NCBI GenBank assembly: GCA_963793305.1
Contig: CAWBZV010000005.1
Span: 704,001-768,000, forward strand
DNA length: 64,000 bases
Reading direction: 5' to 3'
From: an uncultured Gemmatimonadales bacterium
Lineage (GTDB): Bacteria > Gemmatimonadota > Gemmatimonadetes > Gemmatimonadales > Gemmatimonadaceae
Shown here piece by piece: positions 11,261 through 21,430 of the stretch (the first letter of the stretch is position 1; each line of letters opens with the position of its first letter). The notes beneath the pieces are model-generated. The model was not told the origin of the DNA and did not search any database. It saw only the letters and a list, made by a program, of their open reading frames with translations. Position numbers and translations under genes: made by a program.

Positions 11261-12110
11261 GCCCGACCCTGAGATATAGCAGCGCCGCCACCAGCACGAG
11301 GGTCATCAAGATCAGCGAGGCTGCCGAGCCGAATGGCCAGTTGCGGGCGGTCGAGAACTGGTTCTGGATCAAATTGCCAACCAGCAGTCCCTTGGCTCCT
11401 CCCAGCAGATCAGATGTGAGAAACGATCCGAGCGCGGGGATGAACACGAGCAATGATCCAGCAATGAGCCCTGGCCCCGACAGCGGCAACGTGACTCGCC
11501 AAAATCGCGCGGCGGGCTTGGCGCCGAGCACTTCCGCGGCTTCCAGCAGCGAGGGGTCGATTTTCTCGAGCGACGCATACACGGGCAGGATCAGAAAGGG
11601 CAGGTACCCGTACACGAGCCCGGCAAAAACGGCGAAGGGCGTGTAGAGCATCTCGATCGGCTGCTTGATGATGCCAAGCCCGATCAGCCAGCTATTGACG
11701 AGCCCCGTATCGCGCATGAGGAAAATCATGGCGAACGTGCGCACCAGAAAACTCGTCCAGAATGGCAGCACGACGAGAAACAGCAGCAGCGTGCGCCATT
11801 TGCCGCTTCTGGTGATCGCGTACGCGACCGGGTACCCCGCCAGCACACAAAACGCCGTGGTGAGCACGGCGATCACGAACGTTCGCTCGAGGATGACGAG
11901 GTACACGGGATGCAGGAATCGCGCGTACGCTTCGAGCGTGAACCCGGGATCGACCCCGCCATATGTGCCGCGCGGCATGAAGCTGTACGCGCACATGACG
12001 ACAACGGGGACGATGAAGAACACGATCATCCACAACGTCCCCGGCCCCAGCAACGCCCACGCCTCGGCCTCCGGCCGCCGCGCGAGCCAGGCCAGGAGCC
12101 GTCGCCTCAC
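11247..12110 (-). CDS. potB: Polyamine ABC transporter permease
   Basis: LPFWTSFLVRTFA, YLPFLILPVYASLEKID, LLEAAEVLGA, RNWPFGSA. Confidence 0.85.
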   Translation of the reverse strand: MRRRLLAWLARRPEAEAWALLGPGTLWMIVFFIVPVVVMCAYSFMPRGTYGGVDPGFTLEAYARFLHPVYLVILERTFVIAVLTTAFCVLAGYPVAYAITRSGKWRTLLLFLVVLPFWTSFLVRTFAMIFLMRDTGLVNSWLIGLGIIKQPIEMLYTPFAVFAGLVYGYLPFLILPVYASLEKIDPSLLEAAEVLGAKPAARFWRVTLPLSGPGLIAGSLLVFIPALGSFLTSDLLGGAKGLLVGNLIQNQFSTARNWPFGSAASLILMTLVLVAALLYLRVGRERE

Positions 12111-13213
12111 TCATCCTCCAGGATCTGGCAGTCCTCTGGCTTCCACGCCACGACGGCTTCGTCTCCGCGACGCCACGGCAGCGGATTGATCAACTGTCCC
12201 TCGTTTCGTAGCGCCACCGTCATGTCGGTTCCCCCAGGGAGCGACACGACCACGTGCATGGTCTCCCCGAGATAGATGACGTCGCGCACGGATCCACACA
12301 GGGCATTCTCGCCGGGCGGCACATTGCCGGGCCGCACGAGGTCCAGCCACTCGGGTCTGACAGCGATACGAATGGTCTGTCCCGGCTGTACCCCATGTGC
12401 GCTGGGCACCCGAAATGTGGTGTCACCCCATTGGACGTCCCACAGGGCACCGCTTTGCCGGAGAACCTGACCATCGAGAAAATTCGACTCACCGATGAAC
12501 TTGGCGACGAACGCGGTCCGCGGATTTTCGTATATCTCGGCCGGTGTCCCGAGCTGCGCCACGCGCCCATTCGACATGACGGCGATCCGATCGGACATCG
12601 TGAGCGCTTCTTCTTGGTCGTGCGTGACGTAGATGAACGTCGTGCCGAGCTGTTTGTTGAGTGACTTGAGCTCGAGCTGCATCTCCTTCCGGAGCTGCAG
12701 GTCGATCGCGCCGAGCGGCTCGTCGAGCAACAAGATGGTGGGCTCGAGCACCAGCGCTCGCGCGAGCGCCACCCGCTGCCGCTGCCCACCCGACAACTGA
12801 CTCGGGTTGCGCCGGGCGAACGTCCCGGGATCCAATCGGACCAGCGTCAACGCGTTTCGGACGCGGTCCCCGATCTCGTTCTTTGGCGTTTTCCTCTGCT
12901 CGAGGCCGAACGCGACGTTGCGCTCGACCGTCAAATGCGGAAAGAGCGCATAATTCTGAAACACCATCGCCAACCGGCGTTCGTATGGCCGTTGGTCATT
13001 GACGACCGCGCCCATGAGTCGGACCTGACCGCCATCCGCGTCCGGCGTCTCGAACCCCGCGATGAGCCGGAGTGTCGTCGTCTTCCCACACCCCGACGGC
13101 CCGAGCATCGAGAAGAACTCGCCGCGCTCGATCGCGAACGAGACATCGCGCACGGCCTGTGTGCCATTGAAGCTTTTCGATACGCCTTTGAGCTCGACGA
13201 CCGGATCGGCCAT
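12107..13213 (-). CDS. potA: Polyamine ABC transporter ATP-binding protein
   Basis: True start MADPVVELK at 13213, overlapping the gabT stop. Walker A GPSGCGKTT, signature [39 protein letters not shown]-terminal TOBE-like region. Confidence 0.88.
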   Translation of the reverse strand: MADPVVELKGVSKSFNGTQAVRDVSFAIERGEFFSMLGPSGCGKTTTLRLIAGFETPDADGGQVRLMGAVVNDQRPYERRLAMVFQNYALFPHLTVERNVAFGLEQRKTPKNEIGDRVRNALTLVRLDPGTFARRNPSQLSGGQRQRVALARALVLEPTILLLDEPLGAIDLQLRKEMQLELKSLNKQLGTTFIYVTHDQEEALTMSDRIAVMSNGRVAQLGTPAEIYENPRTAFVAKFIGESNFLDGQVLRQSGALWDVQWGDTTFRVPSAHGVQPGQTIRIAVRPEWLDLVRPGNVPPGENALCGSVRDVIYLGETMHVVVSLPGGTDMTVALRNEGQLINPLPWRRGDEAVVAWKPEDCQILEDE

Positions 13214-14508
13214 CAGCGGGTGGCCTGGAGCGCCGCGCCCAACACCGCGAGCCCCTCGTCGACGATGGGGTCCTCGATCGTCAGTGGCGACAGAATTCTG
13301 ACGACATTGCCGAATGTCCCGGCCGAGAGGAGGACGAGCCCTCTCGCCAGCGCCTCTTTCAGCACGCGCCCGGTGCGCTCTTTGTCCGGCGCCTTTCCGT
13401 CCCGCACCAGCTCGATCGCCTTCATCGCGCCGAGTCCCCGCACGTCGCCAATCCCCGGATCCGCCTCGGCGAAGCATTGAAGCTGCGCGCCGACTCGCTC
13501 GCCAAGTCTCGCCGCTCTCCCAGGAATGTCGTCCTGGTCCATCGCGTCGAAGACGGCGAGAGCGGCCGCGCACGCCAGAGGATTCCCGCCATACGTCCCG
13601 CCGAGCCCCCCGACTTGAGCCGCATCCATAGCGTCCGCTCGCCCGGTGACCGACGCCAAGGGCAACCCACTGGCGAGCGACTTGGCGCTGATCAGGAGAT
13701 CCGGCACCAGATCGTAGTGCTCGCACGCGAAGAGCTTTCCGGTCCGAGCGAACCCAGTTTGAATCTCGTCGTCAATGAGCAGAATGCCGTGGGCTTTCGC
13801 GAACGCCGCGAGCGATCGGACATACGCCGGCGGCGCGGGCACGAATCCCCCTTCGCCCAGTTGCAGCTCGATGATGATCGCAGCCACTGACTCAGGATCG
13901 ACGAGCCCGGCGAACAGACTTTCGTCGAACACGCCAGACTCCGGATACCGATAGGTGTACGGGAAGGGGAGCCGATAGACTTCGGGCGCGAAGGGTCCAA
14001 ACCCTTTCTTGTACGGATTGACCTTCGCGGTCAATGCCATCGCCAGATTCGTCCGACCGTGGAACGCGTGATCGAAGCACACGATCGCCTGGCGCCCGGT
14101 GAATGTCCGCGCGATCTTGACCGCGTTCTCCACGGCCTCGGCGCCGCTGCTCACAAACATCGTGCGCTTCTCGTACGTCCCGGGCGTGCGTGCGTTGAGG
14201 CGCTCGGCCAACGCGATGTACGGTTCGTACGACGCGACGCCAAAGCACGTGTGCGTGAACGCCTCGAGCTGCGCCGTCACCGCATCGATGACCCGCGGAT
14301 TTCGGTGCCCGACATTCATGACGCCGATGCCGCCCGCGAAGTCGATCAACCGGTTGCCGTCCACATCGGTCAGCACGGCGCCCTCGGCGCGCGCGATGGC
14401 GATCGGCGTGGTCGCGGGCACGCCGCGCGGAACGGCACGCGCGCGACGCTCCATGAGCGCGCGGCTTGCGGGTCCTGGCACCGCCGTTCGAAGCTCGATG
14501 ACCCCCAT
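13213..14508 (-). CDS. gabT: 4-aminobutyrate--2-oxoglutarate transaminase
   Basis: DVDGNRLIDFAGGIGVMNVGH, FTHTCF, SGAEAVENAVKIAR, FHGRTNLAMALT, PYKKGFGPFAPEVYR, DEIQTGFARTG, GGLGGTYGGNP. Confidence 0.88.
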   Translation of the reverse strand: MGVIELRTAVPGPASRALMERRARAVPRGVPATTPIAIARAEGAVLTDVDGNRLIDFAGGIGVMNVGHRNPRVIDAVTAQLEAFTHTCFGVASYEPYIALAERLNARTPGTYEKRTMFVSSGAEAVENAVKIARTFTGRQAIVCFDHAFHGRTNLAMALTAKVNPYKKGFGPFAPEVYRLPFPYTYRYPESGVFDESLFAGLVDPESVAAIIIELQLGEGGFVPAPPAYVRSLAAFAKAHGILLIDDEIQTGFARTGKLFACEHYDLVPDLLISAKSLASGLPLASVTGRADAMDAAQVGGLGGTYGGNPLACAAALAVFDAMDQDDIPGRAARLGERVGAQLQCFAEADPGIGDVRGLGAMKAIELVRDGKAPDKERTGRVLKEALARGLVLLSAGTFGNVVRILSPLTIEDPIVDEGLAVLGAALQATR

Positions 14509-14554
14509 TGTCTCCTCTCTCGACGCGGCTCGTGGGACGCTATAAGATGGTGCG

Positions 14555-15715
14555 ATGAGCCGTTACACTCCAGCACTGCTCGCGTTCGCGCTCGCCTGTG
14601 GTAGCGGCGCGGACCACACGCCGGCGGCCAGCCACGGCCCCGTCACCCGGATCGCGATCGCGCGGACCAGCGACGCGCGGGCCGACGCGGTGACGTACCT
14701 GGCGAAGCTCTGCCCCAAGCCGATCGGCGGTGAGCTGAATTTCATGGTCTGGGAAGGGTACACGGACACGCTGTTCACGGCGCCGTTCGAGCGCGCCTGC
14801 GGCGTCAGGGTCAACCCGACCTACATGGGCTCGAGCGACGATCTCGTGGCCAAGCTGCGCGCCGGCGGCGCCCAGTCGGTCGACCTCATCTCGCCCTCGA
14901 GTGATGCGGTCACGGAGATCATCCAAGCCGGCCTGGCCTCGCCACTCGATCTGTCTCGCATTCCCACCTACGCGGAGCTTTCGGCGAGCTTCCGAGCGCT
15001 CCCTCTCGCTAAGAAGGACAGCCAAATATACGGGCTGCCCTGGGCATTCGGTCCCAACCCGCTGATTTACGACACGACAAAAGTCCACCCGGCACCGACC
15101 TCGTGGTCCGTGCTCTGGGAGCCGGCATATCGCGGCAAAATCTCCTTGCAAGACGACATTGCGACCTTGTACATGGTCGCCCAGTACCTGGGAATGGACG
15201 ACCCGAACGACAAGAGCAAACTCTACAACCTCTCCGACGCCGACCTGGCCAAGGTCAAGGCAAAGATGCTGGAGCTGCGACCCGGCGTCCGGAAGTACTG
15301 GGCGACCGCGGGAGATCTGACGCAACTCTTCCAGAGCGGCGAGGTCACACTCGGCGAAGGCTGGCCACTCATGACGCATCAGTTGCGCCTCGCCAAGTTC
15401 CCGGCGGGCGAGATCATTCCAAAAGAAGGCACAACCGCTTGGGCCGACCACTGGGTACTCACGTCCGGCGCCCAGAATCTCGATGCCGCATACGCGTGGC
15501 TGGAGTACGCCGCGCAGCCCTTCACCCAGAAGCTGCTCGCTGACGTCACCGGGTACATCGTCGCCAACCCGGCCGCCAGGACGTACATGACGCCGGACCA
15601 GGCCGCCGGCCAACACGACGTCGCCGACTACGGCGCGCACGTCAACTTCTGGCAGTGGAGTCCGCGACGCGAGAAGTATCAGGAGATCTGGAACGAGGTC
15701 AAGGCCGCCAAGTGA
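14555..15715 (+). CDS. ABC transporter substrate-binding lipoprotein (PotD/PotF-like), second system
   Basis: Lipobox FALAC; LNFMVWEGY, DLISPSSD, YGLPWAFG, PKEGTTAWADHW. Confidence 0.82.
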   Translation: MSRYTPALLAFALACGSGADHTPAASHGPVTRIAIARTSDARADAVTYLAKLCPKPIGGELNFMVWEGYTDTLFTAPFERACGVRVNPTYMGSSDDLVAKLRAGGAQSVDLISPSSDAVTEIIQAGLASPLDLSRIPTYAELSASFRALPLAKKDSQIYGLPWAFGPNPLIYDTTKVHPAPTSWSVLWEPAYRGKISLQDDIATLYMVAQYLGMDDPNDKSKLYNLSDADLAKVKAKMLELRPGVRKYWATAGDLTQLFQSGEVTLGEGWPLMTHQLRLAKFPAGEIIPKEGTTAWADHWVLTSGAQNLDAAYAWLEYAAQPFTQKLLADVTGYIVANPAARTYMTPDQAAGQHDVADYGAHVNFWQWSPRREKYQEIWNEVKAAK

Positions 15716-16668
15716 GTCTCCTCGAACTGAGGGAGTTGTCGCGACGCTTTGGCGACTTCGTCGCGCTCGATAGCGTCAATCTCTCCGTTCAAGCGGGCGA
15801 GTTTCTGACGGTGCTCGGCGCGTCGGGCTCGGGAAAGACGACCACCCTCCGGTTGATTGCTGGCTTCGACCGCCCAACGTCGGGCTCGATCTGGATGGAG
15901 GGGACCGACCTGGCGCCACTGCCGCCATTTCGCCGCCCGGTTAACACGGTCTTCCAGCATTACGCCTTGTTCCCGCACATGAGCGTGCGCGACAATGTCG
16001 GCTACGGACTTCGGATGCAAAAAGTCGCGCCGGCCGAGATCGCGCGTCGCGTGGACGAGGCCCTCGCGATGGTGCGACTCGGCGACTTTGGCGGTCGCGC
16101 GCCCAAGCAGCTCTCCGGCGGCCAACAACAGCGCGTGGCGCTCGCCCGTGCCTTGGTCAACCGTCCCCGCGTGCTCCTCCTCGACGAGCCGCTCGGCGCG
16201 CTCGACCTGAAACTCCGGCGCGAGATGCAGCTGGAGCTCAAGCAGCTCCAGACCCAGGTCGGCATCACGTTCATCTACGTGACGCACGACCAGGAAGAGG
16301 CTCTCACGATGTCCGACCGCATCGTCCTCATGCGCGCCGGCCGCATCGAGCAGATCGGCACGCCGCGCGAGATGTACGACAGCCCGCGCTCGCGCTATGT
16401 CGCCGACTTCATCGGCGACACGAACCTGCTCCGTTTGGGTGGCGACGAAGTGTCCGTGCGTCCCGAACACGTCCAGTTGATCGCGGCCGACGGTGGCGGC
16501 ATGCCCGGGCTCGTCGATGCCGTCACATTCGTCGGATCGACCTATCGAGTCCGAGTGGCGCTGGCCGATGGCCAAAGGGTCGTGGCCCTCCAGAGTGCAC
16601 CACGAGAGATCGGGCAGCGCGTCGCGGTGCAGTGGGACCCGAGCCGCGGCGTGATCGTCCGTGACTGA
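15712..16668 (+). CDS. ABC transporter ATP-binding protein (PotA-like)
   Basis: GTG start overlapping the previous stop (GTGA); [53 protein letters not shown]. Confidence 0.88.
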   Translation: MSLLELRELSRRFGDFVALDSVNLSVQAGEFLTVLGASGSGKTTTLRLIAGFDRPTSGSIWMEGTDLAPLPPFRRPVNTVFQHYALFPHMSVRDNVGYGLRMQKVAPAEIARRVDEALAMVRLGDFGGRAPKQLSGGQQQRVALARALVNRPRVLLLDEPLGALDLKLRREMQLELKQLQTQVGITFIYVTHDQEEALTMSDRIVLMRAGRIEQIGTPREMYDSPRSRYVADFIGDTNLLRLGGDEVSVRPEHVQLIAADGGGMPGLVDAVTFVGSTYRVRVALADGQRVVALQSAPREIGQRVAVQWDPSRGVIVRD

Positions 16669-17521
16669 CCGCCGCCGCCCCTGGGTCATCGTCGGCACGG
16701 CGATCCCACTCGTGTGGGTGGCCGTCACGCTGCTGCTGCCCTACGCGCTCCTGCTCGTCCAATCGTTCTGGCACCAGGGCGCGAACGGGCGACCGACGCA
16801 CGACCTGACGCTCGCCAACTACGTCCGGCTGTTCAGCACGTCGCTGTACCCGTCGACGATCCTGTATTCGGCCGGCGTCGCGCTGCGCGTGACCATCGCG
16901 TCGCTGCTGTTGGCCTACCCGTTAGCGTATCTCCTCGCTTTCAAAGTGCAGCGCCACAAGCAGCTGCTGTACATGGCGGTGATCATCCCGCTGTGGGTCA
17001 GCTACCTCGTTCGTGCCTACGCCTGGAAGATCATCCTCGGCCAACAGGGCGTCGTGAACGGCGTCCTGATGTCACTCGGGATCGTCCACGCCCCAGTGAC
17101 ATTCTTCCTCTACAGCACGGCCGCCGTCGTGATCGCGCTCACGCACATCTACACACCGTTCACGCTGATGCCGATCTACGCGGTCCTCGAATCGATCCCG
17201 CCGTCGCTGCGCGAAGCGAGTCATGATCTCTACGGCAATCGCTGGCGCACCTTCTGGCACGTGACGCTCCCGCTGTCGCTGCCGGGCGTGCTCGCCGGCT
17301 GCACATTCGCGTTCGTCCTCAGCATGGGCGACTTCCTCGCGCCGCAGCTCCTGGGCGGCAACGACAGCGCGCTCATGGTCTCGAATCTCGTCTGGAGCTT
17401 GTTCGGCGTCTCATCCGACTGGCCACTCGGCGCCGCCGTCTCGGTCGTGATGCTGGCACTGACGCTGACCTTGCTCTGGATCGCCAACCGCGCCAGTCCC
17501 GCAGCCCGCAAGTATCGATGA
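16661..17521 (+). CDS. ABC transporter permease (PotB-like)
   Basis: IIPLWVSYLVRAYAW, PFTLMPIYAVLESI, LREASHDL, DWPLGAA. Confidence 0.85.
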   Translation: MTDRRRPWVIVGTAIPLVWVAVTLLLPYALLLVQSFWHQGANGRPTHDLTLANYVRLFSTSLYPSTILYSAGVALRVTIASLLLAYPLAYLLAFKVQRHKQLLYMAVIIPLWVSYLVRAYAWKIILGQQGVVNGVLMSLGIVHAPVTFFLYSTAAVVIALTHIYTPFTLMPIYAVLESIPPSLREASHDLYGNRWRTFWHVTLPLSLPGVLAGCTFAFVLSMGDFLAPQLLGGNDSALMVSNLVWSLFGVSSDWPLGAAVSVVMLALTLTLLWIANRASPAARKYR

Positions 17522-18309
17522 TGAAGCGCGATTGGCCACTATACGCATACAGCACGGCGGTCTTTGCTTTTCTGTATCTGCCGCTCGTGGTGGTCGTGAT
17601 GTACTCGTTCCACACCGAGAGCATCATCGCCTGGCCCCTCAAGCTCGGCACACTCAAATGGTACGGTGTCCTCGCGCACGACCGTGCCATGCTCTCCGCG
17701 ACGTGGGCCAGCCTCGAGCTCGCCGTCATGGCGGTCGCGATTGCCATACTCGTTGGCGTGCCCGGCGCGTTTGTGCTGGACCGCGTCGAATTTCCGGGGA
17801 AGGAAGCATTCCGGCAGCTCGTCTTGCTGCCGCTCATACTGCCGGGCATTATCACCGGCGTCGCACTGCTCAGCTATTTCTCGTTCCTGCATCTGAGCCT
17901 TTCGGCAGGCTACCCCACGATTCCGGGCTGGCCCGTCGTGATCGGTCACGGCGCAGCCCTCACCTCGGTTGTCGTCACACAAGTCTTCGCGCGACTCCAA
18001 CGCGTGGATCGATCGCTCGAAGAAGCCAGCGCAGACCTCTACGCCAATCCGTGGCGCACGTTCTGGTACGTGACGCTGCCCACGATTCGCACCGCGCTCC
18101 TCGGCGCCGGCCTCCTGGTCTTCACGTTGAGCCTGGATGAGATCGCGGTGACCTTTTTTCTGATCGGCCGCCAGAATACGCTTCCCTTACAAATCTGGGG
18201 CGTCTTGAGGCGCGGCATCACGCCGGAGGTCAACGCGATCTCCACGCTGATCTTCGCCGTGTCCGTCGGCGTTATCGTTCTGTGGTCCCGCTTAATGGAA
18301 GAGGCTTAG
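17518..18309 (+). CDS. ABC transporter permease (PotC-like)
   Basis: FLYLPLVVVVMYSF, LEEASADL, FTLSLDEI, TLPLQIWG, TPEVNAIST. Confidence 0.85.
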   Translation: MMKRDWPLYAYSTAVFAFLYLPLVVVVMYSFHTESIIAWPLKLGTLKWYGVLAHDRAMLSATWASLELAVMAVAIAILVGVPGAFVLDRVEFPGKEAFRQLVLLPLILPGIITGVALLSYFSFLHLSLSAGYPTIPGWPVVIGHGAALTSVVVTQVFARLQRVDRSLEEASADLYANPWRTFWYVTLPTIRTALLGAGLLVFTLSLDEIAVTFFLIGRQNTLPLQIWGVLRRGITPEVNAISTLIFAVSVGVIVLWSRLMEEA

Positions 18310-18315
18310 GGCACT

Positions 18316-19765
18316 ATGCGCGCATATCGCATGTACATCAACGGGAAGTTCGTCGACGCGGCGGACAAATCCACGCTCCCCGTCTACGAGCCCGCGACCG
18401 AAGAGGTGATGGCGACCGCGCCGGCCGGCAAGGCCGCCGATATCGATCGCGCGGTCGCCGCCGCCAAGACTGCCTTCTACGAGGTCTGGCGCGGGACCAA
18501 TGCGCAAGAGCGCGGCCGCATTCTCTTTCGCATCGCCGAGCGCATCCGCGCCCGCCGGGCCGAGCTGGCCGAGATCGAGACGCGAAACTCGGGCAAGCCG
18601 ATCGTCGAAGCCGAGTACGACATGGATGACTCGGCCACGTGCTTCGAGTACTACGGCGGGCTGGCCACCAAGATCAACGGCGAGGTAATCCCCGTTCCGG
18701 CGCCCGCGATCACGCTCGCGCTGCGTGAGCCCATGGGTGTGGCTGGCCAGATTATTCCGTGGAACTATCCACTCGGCATGGCCGCCTGGAAACTCGGCCC
18801 AGCGTTAGCCGCGGGTTGCACGGTCGTGATCAAGCCGGCCGAGCAAACCCCGCTCTCCTTACTCGCTCTCGCCGAAGACTTCGAGTCAATCGGACTCCCA
18901 GCAGGAGTCGTCAACATCGTGACCGGCGATGGTCCCGGCGCCGGCGCGCCGATCGTCCGCCACAAGGACGTTCCGCAAAATCGCATTCACGGGCAGCGCC
19001 GCGGTCGGCCGCACGATCATGCGCGAAGCGGCGGACACACTCAAGCGGGTATCACTAGAGTTGGGTGGGAAATCACCCAATATCTTTTTCGCCGACGCCG
19101 ACTTTGAAGCAGCAATAGACGGCGCGCTATTCGGTGTATTTATCAACCAAGGCGAAGTCTGCTCGGCCGGCAGCCGTGTCCTGGTCCAGAAAGACATCTA
19201 CAAGAAGTTCGTCGACGCGATGGCCGAGAAGACGAAGACGATCACCGTCGGCAACGGCCTCGATCGCGCCACAAAAATGGGGCCACTAGTGAGCGCCGAG
19301 CAGCGCGACCGCGTCCGCGAGTATCTCGCGATCGGTGCGAAAGAAGCGAAAGTCGCGGCAGGCGGGGGCGTACCGAAAGGAAAGGGCTGGTACGTCGAGC
19401 CCACGATCTTCTACGACGTCGACAACAGCGCCCGGATCGCCCAGGAAGAAATCTTTGGTCCCGTCGCCTCCGTCATCCCGTTCAAGGACGAAGCCGACGC
19501 GATTCGCATCGCCAACGCCACTGACTACGGCCTCGCCGCCGCCGTCTGGACGCGCGATATCTACAAAGCGTTCCGAGTCGTCAAAGAGCTCGAGGCAGGT
19601 ATCGTGTGGGTGAACCACATGCAGCCCACGATGATCGAAGCCCCATGGGGTGGCTACAAAGCCTCCGGCTTCGGCCGCGAGCTCGGCCACTGGGGCGTCG
19701 AGGAGTATCTCGAGACCAAGCAGGTCTACATCAACCTCGACGAGAAGCCGATCGGCTGGTACTAG
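18316..19765 (+). CDS. NAD-dependent aldehyde dehydrogenase (betaine-/aminobutyraldehyde dehydrogenase-like; +1 frameshift near 18971)
   Basis: IIPWNYP, KPAEQTP; after the frame change FTGS, LELGGKSP, catalytic Cys in NQGEVCSAG, EEIFGPV, GGYKASGFGRE. Confidence 0.88.
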
Positions 19766-21172
19766 CTAGAGGCCCATCGAGACGTACTTCGTCTCAAGGA
19801 ACGCCTCCATGCCTTCCGATCCCCCCTCGCGCCCGAGGCCCGACTCTTTGTAGCCACCAAACGGCGCCTGCGCCGTCGAGGGCAGGGGATCGTTGATGCC
19901 GACGATGCCATAGTCGAGACGCTCGGCGACTCTCCACGCCCGGCTCAAATCCCGCGTATAGAAGTACCCTGCGAGCCCGAACGGCCCGCGATTCGCGCGC
20001 TCGATCACCTCATCCTCCGATTCGAACGTCGCGATCGGCGCCACCGGCCCAAAGGTCTCCTCGCGCATCACGAGCATGTCGTCGCGCACGTCGGTGAGGA
20101 CCGTCGGCTCGAAGAAGTACCCGTGATCGCGCTCCGCAGGCCGATGTCCACCAACGCGCACCCGAGCGCCATGGCTCGTGGCATCGCGCACATGTGCCTC
20201 GACCTTGTTCACTCCCGCCTGATCGATGAGCGGCCCAATCTGCACGCCGGCATCAACGCCATTGCCCACTTTCAACGCCGCAACCAACGGCACAAACGCG
20301 TCGGTGAACGCCTTCGCGACCGATGCGTGCACATAGATGCGATTCGCGCACACGCACGTCTGCCCGGCATTCCTGAATTTCGATGTTATCGCGCCTTTCG
20401 CCGCCGCCTCGATATCCGCATCAGCGAAGACGATAAACGGTGCATGTCCCCCGAGCTCCAACGAGACCCGTTTCACCGAGGCCGCCGCCTCGCGCATCAA
20501 GTACTTGCCGACCTCGGTCGAGCCGGTGAACGTGATCTTTCGCACCAGCGAAGACTTGAGCAGCTCGTTGCCCACCGCCGCCGGATCGCTGGTGGTGACG
20601 ACCGTGAGCACCCCCGGCGGCAATCCGGCCTCGGCGAGAATCTCGGCGATGGCGATCGCCGTGAGCGGCGTCTGCTCGGCCGGCTTGAGCACAACGGAGC
20701 ACCCGGCCGCGATGGCGGGGCCGACTTTGCGTGTCACCATCGCCGCCGGAAAATTCCACGGCGTGATGGCGCCGACGACGCCAACGGGCTGACGAATGAC
20801 CATCAGCCGCTTGCTCGCCTGCGACGCGGGGATGGTCCGCCCATAGACCCGCTCGGCCTCCCCGGCAAACCAGCCAAAGAAGCTCGCCGCATAGGCGATC
20901 TCGCCCCGCGCCTCAGCGAGCGGCTTGCCGCCTTCCAGTGTCAGCGTTCGCCCGAGCGCGTCGGCGCGCTCCAGCATCAGCGCCTCCGCCCGCCTCAGCA
21001 CTCGCGCCCGCTCGATCGCTGGCACTGCCGTCCAGGCTGGCATGGCGTGCGCCGCGATCTCAATCGCCTCACGCGCGTCCTCTGCCGTCGCATCAGCGAC
21101 GTCTGCGAGGTGCTCCAACGTCGCCGGATTGTGCACCGCGAACGTCTTCGCGGCAGTCAGTGTCTCGGTCAT
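19766..21172 (-). CDS. gabD: NAD(P)-dependent succinate-semialdehyde dehydrogenase
   Basis: ITPWNFPAAMVTRK, FTGSTEVGK, LELGGHAPF, KFRNAGQTCVCANR, EETFGPVAP, GYKESGLGREG. Confidence 0.88.
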   Translation of the reverse strand: MTETLTAAKTFAVHNPATLEHLADVADATAEDAREAIEIAAHAMPAWTAVPAIERARVLRRAEALMLERADALGRTLTLEGGKPLAEARGEIAYAASFFGWFAGEAERVYGRTIPASQASKRLMVIRQPVGVVGAITPWNFPAAMVTRKVGPAIAAGCSVVLKPAEQTPLTAIAIAEILAEAGLPPGVLTVVTTSDPAAVGNELLKSSLVRKITFTGSTEVGKYLMREAAASVKRVSLELGGHAPFIVFADADIEAAAKGAITSKFRNAGQTCVCANRIYVHASVAKAFTDAFVPLVAALKVGNGVDAGVQIGPLIDQAGVNKVEAHVRDATSHGARVRVGGHRPAERDHGYFFEPTVLTDVRDDMLVMREETFGPVAPIATFESEDEVIERANRGPFGLAGYFYTRDLSRAWRVAERLDYGIVGINDPLPSTAQAPFGGYKESGLGREGGSEGMEAFLETKYVSMGL

Positions 21173-21200
21173 GCGTTTTAAGATAAACCCGGGGATGTCA

Positions 21201-21229
21201 TTGACACGCTTTCATGTGTTCTCTATATA
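21201..21229 (+). promoter_or_regulatory. Putative sigma70-type promoter for the susC/susD pair
   Basis: TTGACA (21201-21206), 17-nt spacer, TATATA (21224-21229). The -35 lies within the inverted repeat TGTCA-T-TGACA (21196-21206). Confidence 0.5.
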
Positions 21230-21430
21230 GCCGAACTGTGATCGCGCCCAGCGCCTCACGTTCGTGTCCTCAGTCGCCCATTGCCCCCGATGCGCATCCC
21301 TCGCGCTCGGGACAATTCCGTCGCGCCGGCCCGTAACGCGCCGGGTCGTCTCGTTTCGCATCCGTTGGTCATGCACCACGTCGGCTCCTTGGGCCGACGG
21401 GCGCTGTCACCTTTCAGTCGAGGGCGCATC

